Assembly (NCBI RefSeq): GCF_006345805.1
Contig: NC_043002.1
Location: 50,902,001 to 50,966,000, forward strand
Origin: Octopus sinensis
Lineage: Eukaryota
DNA length: 64,000 nt
Direction of reading: 5' to 3'
Part shown: one piece after another, positions 12,026 to 27,119 of the stretch
Layout: each line of letters begins with the position of its first letter
Position numbering within the stretch: position 1 is the first letter of the stretch
Position numbers and translations under genes: made by a program
Notes under the pieces: model-generated
Databases searched by the model: none
Told to the model about the DNA's origin: nothing
What the model saw: the letters and a program-made list of their open reading frames with translations, nothing else

Positions 12026-14261
12026 CACTGGTCGACAGCCAATTTTCATCAGGGATATTATATGGTGTTTTATATGTAGTTTTGTTCGCAGATTTCAAAA
12101 ATGTAATTGGTTTCCTTCTATCAGGCACAGTTTTTCTGTTGAGATAAGAGAGGTATATAACTCCCATCAGTAGTATCGCTACACGTAAACATCTCATACA
12201 AGTAAATTTTGACTTCTGTTTTATAACTATTTGTATTCATTTTGTAATTTTATGTTTTCATACTCTTTTCTTTTTATAAATTTTACTTTCTGTTTAAAGT
12301 GCCAAGTCATCATCATCATCATATTCTACTCAGGATGTCAAGGCATTGCAAGAACAGTCCTGACATATTTTGTCATGTCTGTGGTTCATTTACCCCCAAA
12401 GCTCAGCAACGTGCCATCACAATTGAAATCAAGATTTACCAGTTATACTTTGGCTGCTCTCTTGGGGATCAAGATAAGAGTTGGGCCCCGCTCATCATCT
12501 GCTCAGCTTGTTCAAATGGACTAAGGGATTGGCTAAATAAGAGGAAGAGAGCAATACCTATGATATGGAGAGAACCAAAGGGTCATTTCATGTACTGTTA
12601 TTTCTGCAACGTTAATGTATGTGGGTTTACTGTAAAGACCAAGCATAAGATTGTGTACCCAACTTGGAATCAGCAAGAAAGCGAGTACCACACAACGATG
12701 ATGATCTTCCTATTCCAATACCACCAGAAAATGGCCTTCAGATGTCTGACGAAGATGTATTTCCCGAAGAAAATAATACTGCTGTGGAAGACACCGAAGT
12801 GGATGCAGATTTGAAAATGAAAACGTACCACAGAAATTTTCTCAAAGTGAGTTAAATGATATAGTTAGAGACTTGTCATTGCCGAAGGATAAAGCTGAAC
12901 TATTAGCATCTCGCCTACAAGAAAAGTGTCTGCTTAAGAAAGATGTTTGTATTACTCATTTCAGGAAGAGAAATAGGGATCTGACTTCACGCTACTCTGT
13001 TGATGGACTACTTTGTTTCAGTAATAACACTGATGAGTTATTTCGCTGCTTGTTCAAGAACATGTTCCAGCTGAATGGTGCTTATTCATTGATTCATCTA
13101 AGAGAAGCCTCAAGGCAGTACTACTACACAATGGCAATAAGAAACCATCCATTCCAATTGGACATTCAGTGCACATGAAGGAGTGTTACGAAAACATGCA
13201 AGTACTCCTCAATGCCATAAAGTATATAAACTACGGCTGGAAAATATGTGGAGACTTGAAGGTGATTGGAATGTTGATGGGAATGCAATCTGGGTTCACG
13301 AAATATAGTTGCTTTTTATGTCTATGGGACAGTCGTGCAACTAACAAGCACTATGTGCAATCAGAGTGGCCTTTGCGAAAATCATAGGAGCCGGGAGTTT
13401 CTATCGTCCAGAGTAAGCCACTTTTAAACTCAGAAAATATTCTTTTCCCCCCTCTTCACATAAAGCTTGGCCTCATAAAGCAATTCGGGAAGACACTTGC
13501 CAGGAAAAGCTCAAATGGTTTTGAATATGTGAAAGCCAAATTTCCAAAGATCACGGAGGCAACACTGAAAGAGGGCGTGTTCATAGGTCCGCAGATAAAA
13601 GAACCCCTGAAGGATAACCACTTCCTCACAGTATTGGATGAGATTGAACTTTAAGCCTGGGAATTCTTCAAATGGCTCTGTGAAAATTTCCTAGGCAACA
13701 AGAGATCTCTAGAGTTTAGAGATGGAGTGAAATGTCTTCTAGACTCCTACGCTGCAATGAGCTGACAGATGTTGCTAAAAGTCCATTTCCTTGATTCACA
13801 TCTGGACTGTTTTGCAGAGAACCTTGGAGCAGTGTCTGATGAGCAAGGGGAACGCTTTAATCAAGATAGTGCATCAATGGAACAACGATATCAAAGATTT
13901 TGATATGCAGGAATGTTAGCTGACTACTGTTGGATGCTATGCAGGGATGAATCTGAGACAAAACACCATAGAAAGTTCAAATTCCAAAGATTTTAAGTTG
14001 TTATGCATTTGAGTGTATTCTAACTTATTTGTACACAATAATTTAAACTTTTACAATAAAAAGCCATGAAATGATCGTATCTTGTATTCAATATACTTCA
14101 TATAGACATACTTTACGTATCCTATAAGCTAAAACTGCAGGTATTATTAACATGAAAATGTGACCCGATAGAGGAAATTGGACTTCAGATTCGTAAACAG
14201 TATAAAAAAATTGACCCAGAAAAGTCAATCAGCAACTCTGATTTCATTTTGTTGACCAGTG
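12026..14261 (+). mobile_element. Full-length Chapaev3 (CMC superfamily) DNA transposon, pseudogenised
   Basis: TIR CACTGGTC(G/A)ACA at both ends; 3-bp TTA target duplication (12023-12025 and 14262-14264); transposase motifs C-x5-FCHVCG, WAPLIICSAC, WREP..H..CYFC, WKICGDLKV, CFLCLWDSR, PPLHIKLGL, KVHFLDSH, VSDEQGERF, GMLADYCW. Confidence 0.85.
12335..13998 (+). pseudogene. Chapaev3 transposase pseudogene
   Basis: Fragments in ORFs 12299-12814, 12664-12855, 12873-13178 and 13169-13387, continuing through several stops to ~13998. Confidence 0.85.
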
Positions 14262-16383
14262 TTATTTGTATAAATGCAAACTGGGGTAGAGACGTGCAGG
14301 TTTCGAATCAGTTGTCCATAGATATTCTCCATCTCAATGATTTTGAAGAGATATTTATATTTTCAGGGCAAATAGCCTCAATGACTGCACACGATTTTTC
14401 TTTTGTGTCCCAAATAACTGTCATAACTGCTATATTTAATTAATATTCTGTGTTGATATTTATGTATATATTCCGGAACAGAGATATTTTCGTATTTATC
14501 TCAGGCCGGTTTTTCCCTGGTGGGCATTCTATATTGTTTAAGCAATAATATCGTATCGCAGTTGGACCGAGTATCTCAATGACGTTTCTGAACAGCTGTT
14601 GAACACGTATGTTATATTCTCATCAGAAATGTTATATAGTCTATTCTTACATTGGATTTTGGGAACGTAAGGGCTTTACTGTCCTTTTAGTTCGTGGAAT
14701 ATAAGTTGTTTTCTCATCCTCTTGGATTGCAAAAGTACAGCCTTCACGATGTGACGAGATGTAGCAGCCACTTCATATAAATATTGTCATCCTTTTCTAG
14801 TTTATCTGAAACACACCCATGCATAATATTTTTGTGTTATATACAGTGTTTTTCTTCCAGATCTATTAGCCCTGCACTCCTGCGTTCGTATGGGAAGCCA
14901 CTAGAAAAGGAATGCGTTTTGCGGAGTTCACTGCTGATTCGCAGGATGTTTTTGACTTCAATGTTTAGCATTTAGTTGACGTATTTATTTTTGCTGTGAT
15001 TGTTAGGCAGTTGCTATATGAACTACATCAAATGCACTCGGAGTTTGATCTTAAGTTTCTTCATTCTTTTCTTTTGAGATAAAGAGTGTCCATGCAGATA
15101 AAGTTGAGATAAAGTCTGTTGTTTCTTCGGAAATTTACAGACAATGCCAGCATCTTATGGGTATTAATGTATACCGAGCGGATTTTCTCTATAGATCTAT
15201 CGATTATACTAAATGATGGAATCATTACAGTTGCTACAAATGCAGTGTGAGATATTGTCTTGTAAGTGCAAAGCTATGATTTATTACCATAAATCTGGTA
15301 ATATTTTTTATCTTTGTCCACCGTACCTTTGTATGGTACATTTTCATCAATATCTAGTTTTTTTTAGCATTCGTTATGTGGAACAGGGAAGACAGGAAAA
15401 CCAGTGACGCACAAATCAAGGGAAAGGGTGCAGCACCGAAATGGTAAATGGTGTACGGCACAAAAGTAATCACTTTAAACTTGCTAAAATAATTTTCGAA
15501 GTGGTTTATATGATCGGAAATGTAATTTCGAAGTCTTCATGGTGTCATAGTAAGGACCCGATCAACGACTTTGCAATTAAAAAAGGCGAGGGAAAACTTT
15601 TCAAATGTAATTATAAATATAAATAAACATCATTTCCCATCTTACTGTTAGTTTTATTTCATTTAAAAATAGAAATAATATTTTATGGTATGTTATTGTT
15701 TATATTTTGAATTACATAATCATGGAGACACCAAAATCTCTTAAGTGCCTAGGGCCGCCATGGTTCTTAATCATGGAATTGTGAAAATCTTATTTGTACA
15801 GCAAACATACTACACTTATAATTTTTCAACCACTGGTGGGACCTACATTTTTCTGGAAAGTTATAGTGGAGCCTGGGGGAAAATAGGTTGGGAAACATTG
15901 CTCTACGTGTTTGAGTATCCTGAAGGCAGCTGTAAATTTCCCAATTCTATTGTAATCCAATACCTCCTCTTAGGTGCTAAAGATCAGAAACTCTCTAATT
16001 TATTTTCTTTTTAATTAATTTTGATAAATTGAAATTCTCCCTACTGTCTTATTTACTCAAAATTTGTAATTTAAATTACGAATATTTTCATTGCTCATGA
16101 TGTATTTTTGATAAATTTAAATTTCTTGGTTTTTCTACATCAAATATACTAAGACTTTACGATCAAGTTTTCATGCAGTAAGTGTCCCTGAATCCCTGAA
16201 TAAATCTCTCTCTCCATTCAATCTTTCAATCTCCTATATTCTTATTACCTCACTTTTTATTTTTTTCCTTTTAACTTTCTTTATTCCTTTGCTTTTTGCA
16301 AAATCAGAGACTGTATTGCGAGACTTGGTTTTCTATGTATTGCGAGCTGGAGTGAACTATTGCTATCTCCAGCGAGTGAGTAT

Positions 16384-16432
16384 CCGCCACTAAGGATGAC
16401 CAGAAAGAGGTCGAAACCGTACGGTCTGGTGG
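16384..16432 (+). ncRNA. Type I hammerhead ribozyme-like motif (G5A variant in this copy)
   Basis: Stem I CCGCCA/UGGUGG; core CUAAGGA plus an extra U; stem II GACC-agaaaga-GGUC; GAAA; palindromic stem III CCGUACGG; GUC cleavage triplet ending at 16426. Confidence 0.72.
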
Positions 16433-17421
16433 TATAGCGACTGGAAGATGGTAGGGGGTTCACTCCCCTGCTTGCAATATATATCGGGTACAGGTTGCAT
16501 CGAATAGCTTAGCTGGAGGAGACATTCTCCTGGGGTTAAAAAATAGCAGCAACGTCGGTTCCTACGGCACAGCCGTGTTTAAGTAGCAATAAACATTTCT
16601 TTCTTTGTTTTTTTTCATTTATTTTACCGTCTGCTTTCTCTGTTTCACTAATTCTGTTTTTTTCCTTCCTTTTTTTCCCCTTTTATTTGTTTGTTTCTTT
16701 CATTCTTTCTTTTTCCGTCCAATCTTTTCTTTCTTTTTCCTATATATCTGTCTTTTAGTTCTCTCTATTTAATTTTCCTCGGCATATTTTTTTCTGTCTG
16801 TCCTTCCTTCCTTCCTTGTTTATTATTTTTCTTTCTATATTTCTTACTCTTTTCAACCTCCATCTCTTTCTTCCATTTTTACTGTCTATTTGAATAACTT
16901 CTTCATTCTCCATAATGTTTTCTCTCTCTTTCATTCTCTCGTTTTCTTTTTCTCTGTCACTATCTTTTTCTCGCTATTTCTTTCTTTCTCTCTTTTATTT
17001 ATCACTCATTCTCTGCAAATACACATACACAAAAACTTACACACACTTTGTCTCTCTCTATCTACCTCTCTCTCTCTAACTGCTTCCTGTCTTTTTCTCT
17101 CCGTTTCTCTCTTCCACCTTCTCTCGTCTCTTTCATTCGTTATGCTTTTCTTTCACTCGTTCTCACACTGTCTAGTATGTCTCTTTAATTTCTCTCTTTT
17201 TCCTTTCTTCTTCTCTATTCACACACATTCTCTCTTTCTCTGTATGCCTTTCTCCATTTTTCTATTTCTGAATCTGCATACCTCTCTCTGTCTCTTTCTC
17301 TCTCTCTCTCTCTCTACAATACCCGCACTTTTTCTCTCAATTTCTTTATGTCTTGTGCTGGTATTTTTCTATTATCTTATTCCCTCTTTTTTTCTCTCAT
17401 TATTTCTGCCTTTTCCTTTTA

Positions 17422-17650
17422 CAGTAATTCCTCGCCACATCGCGGTTCACCTATCGCAGTTTATTGTTTAAGCTTACATCGATTCCTCCGTGGTGTTGTT
17501 TTGCACTTATAATAAAATAAATATATACAAATTATAAAAATAATAAAACAAAAATACAGTATAGTACTATTTGTACTTCGCGGATTTTCACCTAACGCAG
17601 GGTGGAGGTGGGGTTGGAACATAACACCCGCGATAGTCGAGGGATTACTG
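17422..17650. mobile_element. Tigger/pogo-type MITE
   Basis: TIRs cagtaattcctcg and cgagggattactg, with TA on both outer sides (17420-17421, 17651-17652). Confidence 0.78.
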
Positions 17651-18374
17651 TACTCACTCTTACCTTCTCTTTTTCTCTGTTTTTCTCTCTCCCGCCTTCT
17701 CTCCCTGAATCTTCCGCTCCGTCTCGCACTCCCTACTACAATACACTCACTTTTTCTCTCACTTTCTCTTCCTCCTCTCCATACTCCCTTTCTCATTCAC
17801 ACTATAACACTTTATTACTAAACTACAATCTCACCTATTTATCCACACTCACCCGCTAAACCTATGCACTACACCAATAAATCTGCTGTAACAAACGCAT
17901 ATTTCTTCTATGGACTCTTTCGACGCACCGCCATATTAATTCTACACGTACATACGTGAATACTTCTCACTCTATACTCGTCTGTGTGTGCAATATACGC
18001 ATGCGTGTTTGTATGTTAATGTGTATTGCTGTGTGTATGAGTGCGTGTCCGTGACTCTTTGTCGTGTCAATGAAGCTTACGAGCACCATTGGGACCAAAC
18101 TAGAAGATTCTATATCGAACGGCCTATCACTAGAATTCGGATCAAATTTGACAATGGCACGAAAGTTTTTCAAAAATTACATCTTTCATGTATAATCGGA
18201 AACACATTCCATATCACCTCGTATTTCTCTCATTTACCTTTCCGTCTTTCTCCCTCTACGTATAATCTGTCGGTCTGTCTGTTTGTCTATGTATGTATGT
18301 ATGTATGTATGTATGTATGTATGTATGTATGTGTGTATGTATGTATGTATGTATGTATGCATGTATGTATCTAT

Positions 18375-18434
<60 letters not shown>

Positions 18435-19669
18435 ATATCTATCTTTCTGTCGGTCGGTCTGTCTGTCGGTCTGTCTGCCTGTCTGTGTAGCTGTCCATCC
18501 ATCCATTTATCTATCTATCTATCTATCTTTTTTCCCCTTTTTTCTTCTTTTTTCATTTCTCTTTTCTTTTGTTCCTTTTCCTTTTCTTTTTTTTCTTTTT
18601 CTTTTTTTCTTTTTTATTTTATTTTATTTTATTTATTTATTTTTGTTCTTTTCTTCCCTTTTACGATCCCTCTTGATCGAAAACCTACGCCACCCCCTTT
18701 TTTGTTTCTTTTGTTTTTTGTTTATTTCATCCCCCAAAAGAAAAGCTCTACCTTGTAACTTGTCCCATCTGTGTGCAGCCCTGTGTGGCCAATAAAGAAA
18801 CTTATCTATATATATATAAACATACACACACACACTCATATATATACCTGTCTGTCTATCTATTTATCTATCTATCAATCGATTTATATTTCAGTTTGAC
18901 AATCTTTCAATCTGTCAATCAGTCTAACTGTCTGATTATCTGTTTGTTTTTATGTTTTTTTTCTAACTTTGTGTTTGGTTATCTATCTGTCTGTCTGTCT
19001 GTCTGTCTGTGTGTATGTATGTATGTATGCATGTATGTATGTATGTATGTATGTATGTGTGGATGAATGGATGAATGGATGTATATCAAGTTGAGAATTT
19101 GTCAATACGCCTGTTTGGCTACATTGACTTATTTTCTTCTTCTCTGTCTATCTGCCAATCTCTCAATCTAACCACCCACCACTGAACATGGTCAACTGAT
19201 TTGCTAGAAATGGAAACCAAATCTTCTTCAAAAATTAGCTTACCATTTGAAAAAAAAAAAAAAAAACAGAAGGAAGAATAACTTGCATAATGTATGTCAG
19301 GAAAGGTAACATCATTATTGAAAAAAAATTCATTTCGTCACGCTTGAAATGATTTCCGTCACAGTTCTGGTCAATGCCCAATGAGAAGCGTTTAATAGAA
19401 GAGAGTAGTACGGAAGGCCACTGTATACGTATATGCATTTCAGTTTAGTTAGAAGCTATACATCTACAAACAGTTTATATTCAACTCTGTAAGCTAACGA
19501 AACTGTCATCAGTAAAACGCTTAACTCTAAAGGATTTATTAAGTCTTAATTATAATAATGTTGTTATTTTTGTCCGTGCATTGATCGTGCAGGAGGTTTA
19601 TGATCAAAGGCATTCGATGAGGATTATATTCCAGAATTGTACTCGGCTATACATTATATCATCGTCGTG

Positions 19670-19855
19670 TCGTCGTCGTCGTCGTCGTCGTCGTCATCGT
19701 CGACGTCATCATCATCGTAGTCTTCGAAGTCGTCGTTGTCGTAATCATTATCATCATAATCATCATCATCATCGTCGTTGACGTTGTCGTCGTCGTCGTC
19801 GTCGTCGTCGTCATCATCATCATCATCATCGTCGTCGTCATTATCATCATCACCA
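19670..19855. repeat. Compound (GTC)n/(ATC)n trinucleotide tract
   Basis: Directly visible; produces poly-Asp/Arg artefact ORFs. Confidence 0.9.
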
Positions 19856-20065
19856 TTGATTCCTATAGAGGCATATACACTCATTAGAAAGCTTCTCGTA
19901 AGACGTCGGAAACTCTGATGTAAAGGTTACGGGTAGGCTTTTAAAGGGGTTCCCAGAGGAACCCCTTTAAAATAACTCATGGACATCGAGCCACCTGATC
20001 TCCAGTGACACCGAAATGGTAAGTAGACTCCCCCTTTGTATCTTCTCTAAATTCTGTCTGGTCAA

Positions 20066-20525
20066 CATGGCAGGTTTAAATGTAGGTAGTATAAATGTTC
20101 CTGGCCTGGGGGTCACCCTGGAAGCAGGGTAGCCTGCTCAACGACCTCAGTTCCCTCTCTATGAATGTGACAGCTGTCAGCGAAACCAGGATTTCCGACG
20201 CGTATCTAGCCCCCATTTTCAACTATTTAGATATCTTGCATCTCTTAGTCGGCCCGGAATGAGAGACGGGATGGCAGTGCTGTTTATGAAAAACTTGGAT
20301 CTCGAGGTACGGACGATCTTCCTGGGCCCGGAAGGTATGTTGGTGGTCCTGGATGTGAACAGCAGCGAAAGTGGTGCTTTCAATCCAGTCGCTGTACACG
20401 CCCCAACTGGGGCGGGGCTTCCAGATTTCTTCAGACGTTTGGAGGTTTTCCTTGGGACGTCTCGCTCTTCAGTTCTAGTGGGCGACTGGACACTATTTTG
20501 GATGCATGCCTGGATAGGGTGAAGC
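20066..20525 (+). mobile_element. Tx1/L1-clade LINE ORF2 apurinic endonuclease fragment
   Basis: MAGLNVGSINV..., AVSETR, GMAVLF, VAVHAP and VLVGDW motifs with frameshifts; 3' side ends at a Helentron-type fragment. Confidence 0.75.
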
Positions 20526-20532
20526 TAGCTGA

Positions 20533-20729
20533 TAGGATTCTGGATTATTTTTCTGCTTTTTTTTTTACTTAATTTTTGAGAGCCGTTGGTTTCAGTTTTA
20601 GTATTCTCGTTTCTGAGAGCAGTCAAATTTATTTCAGATATTCTCATTTTAAAAATCATCTCTGGCTAATTGATGAGAGGATGTTGATGTTATTTTGGCG
20701 GAGGTTTGCACTCTCTGAGTGCTCTTGTT
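20533..20729 (+). mobile_element. 3' fragment of a Helentron-associated (HINE/DINE-like) element
   Basis: Homologous to 51806-52005; ends ttggcggagg plus hairpin gcactc-tct-gagtgc then cttgtt. Confidence 0.75.
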
Positions 20730-20751
20730 ATCATTATTATTATTATTATTA

Positions 20752-20910
20752 CTTTTTTTCTTCTTTCAAATTTGCTTCCATTTCTTGCCGAGTGTCTTCC
20801 CGACTCCTAGGGCAAAGAAACTCATAGTATACATTGGTAGGCCATTAAACCAAATTCAATAGTTCGTTCATTTTTTTTTTTAAGTTATATTAAAATACAT
20901 GAGCAGCAAC
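20752..20910 (-). mobile_element. R4/Dong-like LINE, 3' UTR-only insertion
   Basis: Near-identical to the 3' UTR at 60295-60467; (ATT)n on both sides. Confidence 0.85.
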
Positions 20911-20968
<58 letters not shown>

Positions 20969-20970
<2 letters not shown>

Positions 20971-21580
20971 GGCAATGAGCTGGCAGAATAGTTAGCCAGC
21001 CGTACGAAATGCTTAGCGGTATTTTTCGCCAGTCGCTACGTTCTGAATTCCAAATTCCACCGAGGTCGACTCTGCCTTTCATCCTTTCGGGGTCGATAAA
21101 TAAAGTACCAGTTGTGTACTGGGGTCGATCTAATCGACTGCCCCCCTCCCAATAAATTTGTGCCTATAGTAGAAAGGATTATTACTATTATTCAAATTCC
21201 GCCGAGGTCGACTTTGCCTTTCATCCTTTCGGGGTCGATAAAATAAGTACCAATTGAACACTGGGGTCGACATATTCGACTTAACCCCACCTCTCCCAAG
21301 CTGCGCTTGTGGCAAAAGTTTGAAATAATTATCAATAATTATAATTATTATTATTGTCATTATTAAAGCGGCGAGTTGCAGAATCGTTAGCGCCTTAGAC
21401 GAAACGCTTAGTGGTATTTTGCCCGTCGTTATGTACTAAGTTCAAATTCCACCAAGGTCGACTTTGCCTTTCATCCTTTCGGGATCGACTAAATAAGTAA
21501 CGGCTACGTTCTGGAGTCAATGTAATCGTCTTAATCCCTTGCCCCAAATTTGAGGACTTTGCTTCCAGTAGAAAGGGTTA
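20969..21580 (+). mobile_element. SINE family C cluster (tRNA-like head aaggcggcgagctggcagaa...gagttcaaattcc), 2-3 units
   Basis: A/B-box-like motifs; repeated body gaggtcgactttgcctttcatcctttcggggtcgataaa; (ATT)n flanks. Confidence 0.85.
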
Positions 21581-21704
21581 TTATTTTATTTTTTACCTTT
21601 GTGTGCTATGCATATCTCTCTTCTTTTGCATGTAAAACTCCACACTTTATGTTAGTCTCTGTATTGTCCCCCGCATCCTTCGCCCTTTTGGCAAATAATA
21701 AAAT

Positions 21705-21713
21705 TATTATTAC

Positions 21714-21770
<57 letters not shown>

Positions 21771-21784
21771 CATCATCATCATCA

Positions 21785-21838
<54 letters not shown>

Positions 21839-21915
21839 TGTTGTTGTTATTATTATTATTGTTGTTATTGTTGTTGTTGTTAATATTTTTGTTGTTGTTG
21901 TTGTTGTTGTTGTTG
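21705..21915. repeat. (ATT)n/(ATC)n/(GTT)n compound microsatellite
   Basis: Directly visible. Confidence 0.95.
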
Positions 21916-22198
21916 ATATTTTGGTTTGCCTCAGGTTTGGCCTTATTCCTGGTAGAATTTATGTTGGTAGCGGGTTTCTGCTTGCAATCCTAGGTATTCT
22001 CAAGTTTTTGGTAGTATTTCAAGTGATTAGAATACTTGTGGTAATCCTTTATTTTCCTAAGAGTTAAACTTTATGTAGGAGCTCTTCCGGGTATTCCTTT
22101 CCAAACTCCTTCAGCCATTTGTCTATATCTTAGATAACTTCCCAACACGCCAGTTATTATTGGCACGACCTTTACAGTTCGCATGCTTCATGTTCTTT
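21916..22198 (-). mobile_element. R4/Dong-like LINE 3' fragment
   Basis: Minus-strand translation MRTVKVVPIITGVLG...KWLKEFGKEYPEELLHKV*LLG resembles the Dong C-terminus; embedded in (AAT/AAC)n. Confidence 0.7.
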
Positions 22199-22212
22199 TA
22201 TTATTATTATTA

Positions 22213-23894
<1,682 letters not shown>

Positions 23895-23977
23895 TAATAG
23901 ATAGATATAGTGGCTTCAAAGAGAAAGTAATGCATTACCCTTCTAATATGAATATATATATATACAATATATATACA

Positions 23978-24022
<45 letters not shown>

Positions 24023-25808
24023 TGCTGTTCCGTGATGGTAAGATCAACAAAAAAGTACTCCATCTGGTGTTTATTAAATATTATTTGATTTATACAATAT
24101 ATGCTTTTTATATGCTTCTAATAGTTTCATATGCTGAGAAATACCTCAAACATTAATCAGGTACAAATCACGTATCACAACGAACTAGAAATTGAATGAA
24201 AGAAACTCGAAAAGTTGAGAAGGAAGCATATAGAAAATGTGGAAGGTTAAAAGACGGAAAACGAAAAAGGAATATATATGTATATATATATATATACATA
24301 CAGAGAAGGAGGGGAGAAGAAAGAGAAAGAGAGAGAGAGAGAGAGAGAGATTAAAAAGATTGGTCAGGACAGAGGCTAGCTCTAATGTGCAATGTGAATG
24401 TTTAATGGAAGAGATATAGTCATAGTTGGTCTGAAGCAAGTGAAGGCGCTTTCAAATTTGGCACATATATGTCTGCATGAGGAAGAGCCTGGGGAAGTGG
24501 AAAGTTATAGTTTTAGAAGAAATGTGTCTAGTTTGAGTAACGTAGAGTTAGAATGAAAACCGGTAGGAAAGACAGAAGAGTTCTCTGCGAGGTAGAAAAA
24601 AAGTAGATTCGTAAATTTTATAAAGATCCTTTTCGCAAGAAGTCAAAAGAATAGACTCTACTCCAGTTGATGGCGCGGAATTTGCGGAAAAGGCATAATC
24701 TAATTTTTTTCTTTTTGTTTCTTTTTTCTTGGGGTCGGGAGTGATGGTAGTGGAATGTTTGAACGGTCGCTCAGAACACCATTCTCGCAAAACAACGACT
24801 GCCCTAAATGCACCCAAGGTTCAGGCCGTGATGCTAAAGAAAGAACGCACCGAAAAATATTTAGGACCCACTCGATGTAAAGTGGACAACTTTCAATATA
24901 ATCATTGATATTTGTACATAGACTGCATCAGTGAATGGATACGAACTCGACAGATTTTGGCTTCTACATCTACCTCAGGAAATCGGTCATCATCTACTCT
25001 CAACAACCTTATCTTTGCAATCCTCATTGATGTAAAACATACATATATTCACACACAGAGATACACACACACACAAATACGCACACATAAATATATATTT
25101 GTTATATCTAGTCACCGTATATTTTCAACAATATTCTGAAAACAAACATGCGTACGAGTACATATACATAGACAAACTCCTATTCACAAACATGCTGAGA
25201 TATGCATGCGTTCACTCCGGTACAATCATTCACTCCTCTCTTATACATATACATGTCCTGACATACACAAGCACATATTTATATACGTATACGCTACGTC
25301 GTTCGTCCTTGATTCCTGTTCTAAAAATTATCTCCAAAATTTGATATCCGCAAGAATCGTTTCGCATAAATAAAGTTTTAATTAATAGAAAGTTGTAGAT
25401 CAAAAGTGGCTGCTAACATCCACCATCTCTCCGGAACTCTTTTACTGCATTCCATTGCTAAACATCCAAGATGACAGCATTATTTATCGCTTCGTTAAGG
25501 AACTTACTGTGGATTTGGCATGTTCTTAACGATGTAGATATAAGTTACTAGTAAGGATTCTAACGAAGGTTGTAAGTTTATGGGGCTTTTAGAAACATAG
25601 GGGAGAGAGTGACCAAGAGAGAGAGAGAGAGAGGGGGGACAGAGAGGAGGAATAGAGAGAGAGAGAGTAAAGAGTAGATGAAAGACATATACTGACGTAA
25701 TATGGATAGATAGAACGATGTATAAACATACATGCATACATAAAGAGAGAGTGAGAGAGGGTGTATAAATGGAGATATATGTATACATACACACACACAC
25801 ATATATAT

Positions 25809-25839
<31 letters not shown>

Positions 25840-25847
25840 CATTTGAG

Positions 25848-26163
25848 TAGGTGTGTGGTAAGAAGCTTTCTTCCCAAGCGTTCAGTCCCACTGCGTGGCA
25901 GCTTGGGTAAGTATCTTGTACTATAGCCTCGGGCCGACCAAACCTTGTGACTGGATTTGGTAGACGGACATATATATAGACGGACATATATATATATTTG
26001 TCAATCAATGTTGATGTGTCCCAGTAACCTAGCGCTTCGGCAAAAGAGTTCGAGAGAATAGGTACTAGGCTTACAAAGAATACGCCCTGGGGTTGGTTTG
26101 CTCGACAAAAGGCAATGCTCCAGCATGGCTACAGTCAAGTGACTGAAGCAAGTACAAGAGTAA
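25848..26163 (+). mobile_element. SINE family A (tRNA-derived head, internal microsatellite)
   Basis: gtgtgtggtaagaagc...gttcagtcccactgcgtggc head; 3' tail gctccagcatggctacagtcaagtgactgaagcaagt. Confidence 0.85.
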
Positions 26164-26280
26164 AAAAAAAATGAAAGAATAATATATATAAATATCGAGA
26201 GAGTGAGAGAGAGGAGAGGGTGAAAGAGGGTGACGTACTTAGATATTTTGATTTATTGTGAGAAAGAAATAGCAACGTAC

Positions 26281-26353
<73 letters not shown>

Positions 26354-26635
26354 TGTGTGTGTGTGGTGTGTGTGTGTGTGCATATGCGTGTATTTAGCAG
26401 GAGAGAATATTTAAAGATAAGATGTCAAAGATGAGTGGGCAACATAGAGACAAGAACGAACGGTGAGAGAGATTATGGAGGGAAAGAGTGAAAGATAAAA
26501 TTGAATGGTTAGAAAAAAAAAATATTTGAAAGCAGAAAATATGAAAAGAGTAAAGAGGCTTGATAGGGGAAAAGAGAAAGATAGAGATATTGACAAAGAG
26601 GGAGAGGTGGAAGAGAGAATGAAAAGAGAGGGAGA

Positions 26636-26637
26636 AG

Positions 26638-26733
<96 letters not shown>

Positions 26734-26753
26734 TATATATATAAATATATGCA

Positions 26754-26814
<61 letters not shown>

Positions 26815-26881
26815 AATATAAATATATATATATATATGCATACATATATATATACATATATATACATATATATATATGTAT

Positions 26882-26926
<45 letters not shown>

Positions 26927-27068
26927 ATATATATAATATATATATATATTATATATATATATATATATTATATATATATAATATATATATATTATATATA
27001 CATATATATATATATATCTATATATATATACATATATATACATATATATATATATATAATATATATAT

Positions 27069-27119
<51 letters not shown>

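Larger units (their letters stand above)
11880..15210 (-). mobile_element. R4-like REL-endonuclease LINE (family 2), decayed, interrupted by Chapaev3
   Basis: 14262-15210 gives VIWDTKEKSCAVIEAICP (REL domain) and HGCVSDKLEKDDN-like pieces; 11880-12025 gives ISGAPKYVSK...LKTQSISGTVRLCKTF, matching the C-terminus at 53715-53897. Confidence 0.78.

Noticed and set aside
17988-18230. Unique segment with open frames on both strands
   Set aside because: No recognisable protein motif or consistent splice sites
24548-24880. GC-richer unique segment with an 89-aa minus ORF
   Set aside because: Good acceptor-like site, but all frames close soon after it; no homology recognised
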